Source: Acidobacteriota bacterium
GTDB lineage: Bacteria > Acidobacteriota > Vicinamibacteria > Vicinamibacterales > UBA2999
Length of the DNA: 64,000 nucleotides
Direction: 5' to 3'
Assembly: GCA_016789705.1 (NCBI GenBank)
Contig: JAEUQR010000136.1
Location: 1,711 to 65,710, forward strand
The notes under the pieces are model-generated. The model was not told the DNA's origin. It saw only the letters and a list, made by a program, of their open reading frames with translations, and ran no database searches. This document shows positions 58,680 to 64,000 of this stretch, piece after piece. Position numbers and translations under genes: made by a program. Position 1 is the first letter of the stretch. Each line of letters begins with the position of its first letter.

Positions 58680-59083
58680 TCCGCCACATCGACTTCCTGG
58701 CCCAGCTCTACCGCGTGTGGGGCGCCGTGTTCGCGATTGTCGGCGCCGCGGCGCTGGCGCTCACGGGCGGGGCGGCTGCGATCGCGCGCGTGTCCGGGCC
58801 GGTCGCCACCGGGTCTGACGTGGCCGCCGGCGTGACCGCCGTGGCCATGGGCACGCTGGCCGTCGTGGCACTCATCTGGGCCGCGCTGCATACGTGGGTC
58901 GGACGGGCGCTGGCCGGCTACGGTCCGCGCGCGCGTCTGCTCGCCCTCGGACTCGCCATCGGCAATCTGCCGCTTCTGCCCTTCGGCACCGCGCTTGGCG
59001 GCTACGCGCTCTGGGTGCTGCTGCACAACGAAGGAAGGCAGGTGTTCCTGCCGCACCCGCCGCCGCCCTCGACGCCGGCCTGA
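58676..59083 (+). CDS. Small polytopic membrane protein, unknown function
   Basis: 135 aa. The GTG start overlaps the upstream stop (GTGA). Four hydrophobic segments are visible (e.g. WGAVFAIVGAAALALTGGAAAI, GTLAVVALIWAAL). Confidence 0.5.
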   Translation: MIRHIDFLAQLYRVWGAVFAIVGAAALALTGGAAAIARVSGPVATGSDVAAGVTAVAMGTLAVVALIWAALHTWVGRALAGYGPRARLLALGLAIGNLPLLPFGTALGGYALWVLLHNEGRQVFLPHPPPPSTPA

Positions 59084-59088
59084 GGCTG

Positions 59089-59403
59089 CTACGCGCCGGC
59101 CGGCGGCGGATCGAGCGTGCCGAGCGGCGTCCACGGGCCGCAGCGCAGCACGCGCTTGCCGGCCATCCAGCCGCCGCGCACGAGTCCGTAACGGCGGATC
59201 ACGGCTTCGCCGTAATGACTGCACGTGGGATCGAAGCGGCACCTGGCGCCGGCGCTGGCGAACACGCGGGACGCCGTGGCCTGATAGGCGTGGATGCCGG
59301 CCACGGCGACACGCGCGCCGACCTGTCGTTCCGGCGCGCGGGCGAGATCGGCGGCGATGGCGGCGGCCATCACCACGAGCACCGCCCACGCGCTCCGTCG
59401 CAT
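59089..59403 (-). CDS. yidD: Membrane protein insertion efficiency factor YidD
   Basis: 104 aa from internal MRRSAW... The motif CRFDPTCSHYGEAVIRRYGLVRGGWMAGKRVLRCGPW is the YidD signature. The rest of the 403-aa track ORF is rejected. Confidence 0.85.
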   Translation of the reverse strand: MRRSAWAVLVVMAAAIAADLARAPERQVGARVAVAGIHAYQATASRVFASAGARCRFDPTCSHYGEAVIRRYGLVRGGWMAGKRVLRCGPWTPLGTLDPPPAGA

Positions 59404-59405
59404 GG

Positions 59406-59774
59406 TTACAGTCTGTCGGCGTACTGCGACACGCCGGGGATGATGAGGCGGCCGCCGTTCAGGCCCTTGACGATGGCAAGGATGTGGACGGCGATGATCG
59501 CGAGCCCCACCGGGAACGTGAGCAGCGCGAACAGGCAGCCGAGAATCGTGCCGAGAATCGCCTGCACGATATACATGGCGATCCAGAGGATGAGCTCGGC
59601 CAGCATCAGGACCACGCCGTGCTTGGCGTGCCACTGGACGTCCTTGTCGTCCTTTTCGACGAGCAGCGGCACGAGCGCCAGCAGCCACAGGTACGACAAC
59701 ACGATCATCACGCCGCGGTTGCTCGACGGGGTGCCGGCGGCGGGCAGCGGCGGCGGAGTGGTAGCGTCTGCCAT
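59406..59774 (-). CDS. DUF4870-family membrane protein
   Basis: 122 aa with AAGGAG RBS. VLSYLWLLALVPLLVEKDDKDVQWHAKHGVVLM is the DUF4870 signature, and there are 3 TM segments. Confidence 0.75.
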   Translation of the reverse strand: MADATTPPPLPAAGTPSSNRGVMIVLSYLWLLALVPLLVEKDDKDVQWHAKHGVVLMLAELILWIAMYIVQAILGTILGCLFALLTFPVGLAIIAVHILAIVKGLNGGRLIIPGVSQYADRL

Positions 59775-59896
59775 CGGAGAGTCTCCTTTGGGCGGCGGGA
59801 GTGACCGGCCGGGGTGGAGTCTTACACAAACCCGGGGGCGCCGCCACCGCGGAAACCGTGGAGTAAGCTTGATCGGATACCTCGGAGGATGTGGTG

Positions 59897-60997
59897 ATGT
59901 CAGACGGATTGCAGCCGGCGGCGGTGCTCGACGCCCTGAAGCGAGTGGTCGATCCCGAGTTCGGCAAGGACCTCGTGGCGCTCGGCATGGCGAAGCAGGT
60001 GACGGTGGCCGACGGCCGCGTCGCGTTCACCCTTGAACTGGCCACGCCCGCCCATCCGCTGCGCCAGCGCCTGCGCGACGAGGCGCACGCGGCCGTGGCG
60101 GCCCTGCCCGGGGTGACGGCCGTGGACATCGCCGTGACGGCGAATGTGAAGGCCGTGACGAAGCCCGAACACGGCAGCACGCCGCTGCCCACGGTGAAGA
60201 ACATCATCGCGGTGGGCGCCGGCAAGGGCGGCGTGGGCAAGACCACGGTGTCGGTCAACATGGCGCTCGCGCTCTCGCAGATGGGTGCGAAGGTGGGCAT
60301 CCTCGACGGCGACGTCTACGGGCCCAACGTGCCGCTCATGTTCGGCATTTCGACCGAACTCGGCACCGACGGCACGCGGATCATCCCGGCCGAGAAGTTC
60401 GGCGTGCAGATCGTCTCGATGGCGTTCCTCGCCAAGGACGATCAGGCGCTCATCTGGCGCGGGCCGATGCTGCACAGCGCCATCCGCCAGTTCTTCACCG
60501 AAGTGGCGTGGAAGGATCTCGACTACCTCATCATCGACATGCCGCCCGGCACCGGCGACGTGGCGCTCTCGCTCAGCCAGACAGTGAAGGTGGCGGGCGC
60601 CGTCGTGGTCACGACGCCGCAGGTGGTGTCGCTCGCCGACACCCGGCGCGCCGTCAAGATGTACGAGAAGCTCACGATTCCCACGCTTGGCCTCGTGGAG
60701 AACATGAGCTACTACTCCTGCCCGAACTGTCACGTCGAAAGTGACATCTTCGGACACGGCGGCGGCGAGGCGCTGGCGAAGGAGATGGACGTGACCTTCC
60801 TCGGCCGCCTGCCGGTGTATCCGCCGATCCGTGTGGGCGGCGACCGCGGCGTGCCGCTCGTCATCGGCGATCCCGAGTCGGCGGCGGCCCGCGGCATGTT
60901 CCAGCTCGCCGAGCGCGTGGCGATCCGGGCGGCGGTGGCCGCGCACGAGAACGCGATCAAGCACAAGGGCAAGATCCCGCTGATTCAGGTGAAGTAG
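59897..60997 (+). CDS. apbC: Mrp/NBP35-family Fe-S cluster carrier ATPase
   Basis: ATG lies 8 nt after GGAGG. N-terminal DUF59-like region VLDALKRVVDPEFGKDLV, deviant Walker A GAGKGGVGKTT, and a CPNC cluster-bridging motif. Confidence 0.92.
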   Translation: MSDGLQPAAVLDALKRVVDPEFGKDLVALGMAKQVTVADGRVAFTLELATPAHPLRQRLRDEAHAAVAALPGVTAVDIAVTANVKAVTKPEHGSTPLPTVKNIIAVGAGKGGVGKTTVSVNMALALSQMGAKVGILDGDVYGPNVPLMFGISTELGTDGTRIIPAEKFGVQIVSMAFLAKDDQALIWRGPMLHSAIRQFFTEVAWKDLDYLIIDMPPGTGDVALSLSQTVKVAGAVVVTTPQVVSLADTRRAVKMYEKLTIPTLGLVENMSYYSCPNCHVESDIFGHGGGEALAKEMDVTFLGRLPVYPPIRVGGDRGVPLVIGDPESAAARGMFQLAERVAIRAAVAAHENAIKHKGKIPLIQVK

Positions 60998-61003
60998 CCC
61001 GGC

Positions 61004-62224
61004 CTAGCCGGCCGTGTGGGGCCGGCCGAGCCCGGCCATCGCGACGGTGCCACACACCGGGCCGAGCGCGAGCAGCGCGCACGCCCACTGCCAGCCGGCC
61101 ACACTCGCCACTCTCGGCAGGGCGTCGATCGTCACCATCGTGAGCAGGAAGCCGAGCGACGTCTGCAGGGTGAGCGCCGTGCCGACGGCATCGGGCGGCG
61201 CGTGTTCGCTCACGAGCGCCGAGAACTGTGCCGAGTCGGCCACCACGCTGAAGCCCCACACGGCGACGAGCAGCACCAGCCACACGGGGTGGCGGCTGTA
61301 GACGAGCGCCGTGCCGAGCGCACATGCCGCCGAGAGCACCATCGACGCGCGGGCGATTCGTGAGCGGCCGAGCATGTCCGCGAGCCGGCCCGCCAGCACG
61401 CAGCCAACGGCGCCCGTGCCGATGGCGACGAAGGCCACGAGCGCCGCCGGGCGGGTCACCTCGCCCATGCCGCCTGCGGCGAGACTGGCGGCCGCGAAGG
61501 CTCCCACCCACGCCCACATCGCATAGAGCTCCCACATGTGGCCGAGGTAGCCGAGGGTCACGAGCCGCACCTCCCGCACCGCGAGGATGCGCCGGATCGC
61601 GCCGAGGTCGAAACGCGCCGCCGTCACCGCCAGGGGACCGTCGCGCACGACGCCGAGCGCCACGGCGGCGCCGAGGAGCGCGAGCGTGGACGTGAAGCTC
61701 ATCGACGTGCGCCAGTCGCCGCCGAAGAGTGCCGTGAGCAGGTGGGGCGTGGCCTTGCCAAGCGTGAGCGCGCCGACGAGCACGCCCAGAGCGACACCGC
61801 GATGGCGGCGGAACCAGCCGGCCACGAGCTTCATGGCCGGCGGGTAGACCCAGGCGAGGGCCGCACCCGTGAGCACACGGGTCGCGATGAGCGTGAGCGG
61901 CGAGACGGCGAGGAGCGCTGCCGTATTGGCCATCGCGCCGGCGATGCAGCCGGCACCCATCAGGCGCTTCGCCGGGAAGACGTCCGCGAGATTGGCGATG
62001 GCCGTGGCGAGCGTGCCGATGACGAAGCCGCCCTGCACGGCCATCGTCAGCCATGCGGTTTCTCCGGGCGACAGGTGGAACGCCGCGACGAGCGACGGCG
62101 TCACCGCCGTGGCCGAGAACCAGAGCGACATGCCGAGCAGTTCGGCCGCCGCGAGCCAGCCGAGCATGCGCCAGGCCGGCGCGGCATCCACCGCGGACGT
62201 CTCATCGTGGGGCGATCGTTCCAT
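61004..62224 (-). CDS. MFS transporter
   Basis: 406 aa with about 12 TM segments. The substrate is unknown. Confidence 0.8.
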   Translation of the reverse strand: MERSPHDETSAVDAAPAWRMLGWLAAAELLGMSLWFSATAVTPSLVAAFHLSPGETAWLTMAVQGGFVIGTLATAIANLADVFPAKRLMGAGCIAGAMANTAALLAVSPLTLIATRVLTGAALAWVYPPAMKLVAGWFRRHRGVALGVLVGALTLGKATPHLLTALFGGDWRTSMSFTSTLALLGAAVALGVVRDGPLAVTAARFDLGAIRRILAVREVRLVTLGYLGHMWELYAMWAWVGAFAAASLAAGGMGEVTRPAALVAFVAIGTGAVGCVLAGRLADMLGRSRIARASMVLSAACALGTALVYSRHPVWLVLLVAVWGFSVVADSAQFSALVSEHAPPDAVGTALTLQTSLGFLLTMVTIDALPRVASVAGWQWACALLALGPVCGTVAMAGLGRPHTAG

Positions 62225-62285
62225 CGTCGGCAGCTACCGTACTTCATCCGGCCGCGGGCAGTATGCTGAGACCGGCGGTCCCTCG

Positions 62286-62978
62286 ATGGTGCATGTGGAG
62301 CGACATCGTTCGGCCCACGTCGGCTGGCTGCGCGCGGCGGTGCTCGGCGCCAACGACGGCCTCATCTCGACGAGCAGCCTCGTCGTCGGCGTCGCCGCGG
62401 CGTCGGGCGTCGAACACGCGGCGGTGCTGCTGACGGCGTCGGCGGGCCTCGTGGCCGGCGCGCTGTCGATGGCGGCGGGTGAATACGTCTCGGTCAGCTC
62501 GCAGGCCGACACCGAGCGTGCCGACTACGAGCGCGAGCGGCGGGAACTCGCGGACAACCCGGCGTTCGAACATGCGGAACTCGCCGGTATCTACCGCGCG
62601 CGCGGTCTCAGCGCGGCACTGGCCGATGCCGTCGCCACCGAACTCACCGCCCACGACGCGCTCGGCGCGCATGCGCGCGACGAGCTCGGCATGACCGATC
62701 TGTCGAAGGCGCGGCCGCTGCAGGCGGCGCTGACGTCGGCCGCCGCGTTCGCGCTCGGCGCGGCGCTGCCGGTCGTCGTCACGATGTTCGTGCCGGTGCC
62801 ACGCATCAGCCTGGTCGTGGCGGGCTCGACGTTGCTGCTCCTGGCCGCGCTCGGCGCGTTCGCCGCGCAGCTCGGCGGCGCCCCGCTGGCCCGCGGGGCC
62901 GTGCGCGTCACGTTCTGGGGCGCGGTGGCGATGGCCTCGACGGCCGTCGTCGGCCGGCTCTTCGGTGCGGTGGTGTGA
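62286..62978 (+). CDS. VIT1/CCC1-family iron/manganese transporter
   Basis: 230 aa from the internal ATG. LRAAVLGANDGLISTSSLVVGVAAA is the VIT-family signature, with a cytosolic Glu-rich metal-binding helix region (ERADYERERRELADNP). Confidence 0.85.
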   Translation: MVHVERHRSAHVGWLRAAVLGANDGLISTSSLVVGVAAASGVEHAAVLLTASAGLVAGALSMAAGEYVSVSSQADTERADYERERRELADNPAFEHAELAGIYRARGLSAALADAVATELTAHDALGAHARDELGMTDLSKARPLQAALTSAAAFALGAALPVVVTMFVPVPRISLVVAGSTLLLLAALGAFAAQLGGAPLARGAVRVTFWGAVAMASTAVVGRLFGAVV

Positions 62979-63065
62979 TGAGGCGCGGTGATGCGCCTCG
63001 CGCGGCGATGCGCCGTGACCTGATGCGCGCCTTCACGATACGATGGCGGTTTGGCGCCTGACGCG

Positions 63066-64000
63066 ATGGACATTCCTTACACGACACACACGCTCCCGAA
63101 CGGGCTCGACGTCATCGTGCACGAAGACCGCCACATCCCGATGGCGGCCGTGAGTGTGTGGTACCACGTGGGTTCGCGTCACGAACAACCCGGGCGCACC
63201 GGCTTCGCGCATCTGTTCGAGCACCTGATGTTCAAGGGGTCGGCGCATCATCCGGCCGGCTACTTCGAAGCGCTGCAGGAAGCGGGCGGTCTCGTGAACG
63301 GCTCGACCAACACCGACCGCACTAATTACTGGGAAGTGGTGCCGTCGCAGTCGCTCGAACTGGCGCTGTGGATGGAGTCCGACCGCATGGGCCATCTGCT
63401 GCCCGCCCTGAGCGAGGAGAAGTTCACGACCGAACGTGAGGTCGTGCTGAACGAGCGGCGGCAGAACTACGAGAACCGGCCCTACGGCCTGTCGAGCGTG
63501 GCGCTCGCCGAGGCCCTGTTCCCGCCGGACCATCCCTACTCGTGGGTCACGATCGGCGCGCCGGCCGATCTCGTGGCGTCGAACGTCGACGACGCGCGCC
63601 AGTTCTTCCGCGCGTTCTACCATCCGGCGAACGCCTCGATTGCGATTGCCGGCGATGTCGGCACCGACGCCACGCTGGCCCTCGTCGAGCGGTACTTCGG
63701 TGACATGCCGGCCGGCCCGGCCGTGGTGCACCCCAGGCGCGAGGCGCGGCTCGCCGCGCCGGCGCGCCTCGTGCTCGAAGACCGCGTGGAACTGCCGCGT
63801 CTCTCGCTCGCCTGGCACACACCGGCGATGTTCCACGATGACGACGCGGCCATGGACATCGCCGCCGACGTGCTCTCGAACGGCAAGACGTCGCGCCTCT
63901 ATCGCGCGCTCGTCTACGACACGCGCCTCGCCGCCGACGTCTCGGCGCTGCAGGCCTCGCGCGAGATGTCGAGTGTGTTCCACGTCTCGGCCACCGCCGC
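63066..64000 (+). CDS. M16-family zinc peptidase (pitrilysin/insulinase-like), partial (runs off the right edge)
   Basis: MDIPYTTHTLPNGLDVIVHEDRH...GFAHLFEHLMFKGS contains the inverted zinc motif HxxEH, and EREVVLNERRQ contains the distal Glu. It is absent from the ORF track because no stop lies in the window. Confidence 0.85.
   Translation, partial: MDIPYTTHTLPNGLDVIVHEDRHIPMAAVSVWYHVGSRHEQPGRTGFAHLFEHLMFKGSAHHPAGYFEALQEAGGLVNGSTNTDRTNYWEVVPSQSLELALWMESDRMGHLLPALSEEKFTTEREVVLNERRQNYENRPYGLSSVALAEALFPPDHPYSWVTIGAPADLVASNVDDARQFFRAFYHPANASIAIAGDVGTDATLALVERYFGDMPAGPAVVHPRREARLAAPARLVLEDRVELPRLSLAWHTPAMFHDDDAAMDIAADVLSNGKTSRLYRALVYDTRLAADVSALQASREMSSVFHVSATA

Noticed and set aside
59404-60300. 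The N-terminal 300 aa of the 403-aa minus-strand ORF (59089-60300)
   Set aside because: Only the last 104 codons encode a recognisable protein (YidD). The upstream part overlaps the DUF4870 gene (in another frame) and the mrp/apbC gene (on the opposite strand), both of which are well supported.

Overview
High-GC (about 70%) chromosomal segment. Gene content suggests Acidobacteriota or Gemmatimonadota: a CarboxypepD_reg-type TonB-dependent receptor, a BNR/Asp-box giant protein, and the futalosine menaquinone pathway. This taxonomic call is inference only. About 50 protein genes and one tRNA-Ala(GGC) can be supported, and nearly all the remaining long ORFs in the track are high-GC shadow ORFs antisense to recognisable genes. 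I found no transposase, integrase, phage gene, CRISPR array or rRNA. Main blocks, left to right: divergent lysR/terC; an orphan TonB-dependent receptor; a nitrogen-assimilation block on the minus strand (amtB-glnK-gltB-gltD-DUF2934); an M20 amidohydrolase and a Met-rich multicopper oxidase; a beta-propeller GGDEF sensor; mqnB-mqnD plus a desaturase; a seven-gene plus-strand operon at 22.5-28.7 kb; a BNR protein; SulP plus beta-carbonic anhydrase; tex, ferredoxin, dus and a protease; OYE, a glutaredoxin-like protein and yheU; PBP1A; an amidase, a beta-lactamase-like hydrolase and an O-methyltransferase; tRNA-Ala; asparaginase; a secreted unknown protein coupled to addB-addA; two convergent zinc-ribbon miniproteins; a J-domain-less DnaJ-type protein with a membrane partner; yidD, DUF4870, mrp/apbC, an MFS transporter, a VIT-family transporter and a partial M16 peptidase. 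The most interesting candidate is the seven-gene operon. It combines a divergent cbb3-type oxidase (CcoN plus a fused triheme CcoO-CcoP) with a membrane-anchored TsdA-like His/Cys dihaem cytochrome, two exported DsrE-like proteins and an internally duplicated secreted protein of unknown function. I interpret it as a possible dedicated sulfur-compound-to-oxygen respiratory module. A second recurring signal is that at least six genes carry an A/T-rich -10-like hexamer only 6-12 nt upstream of the start codon with no Shine-Dalgarno, which suggests leaderless transcripts. All family assignments come from motif recognition by eye, and no database search was run.
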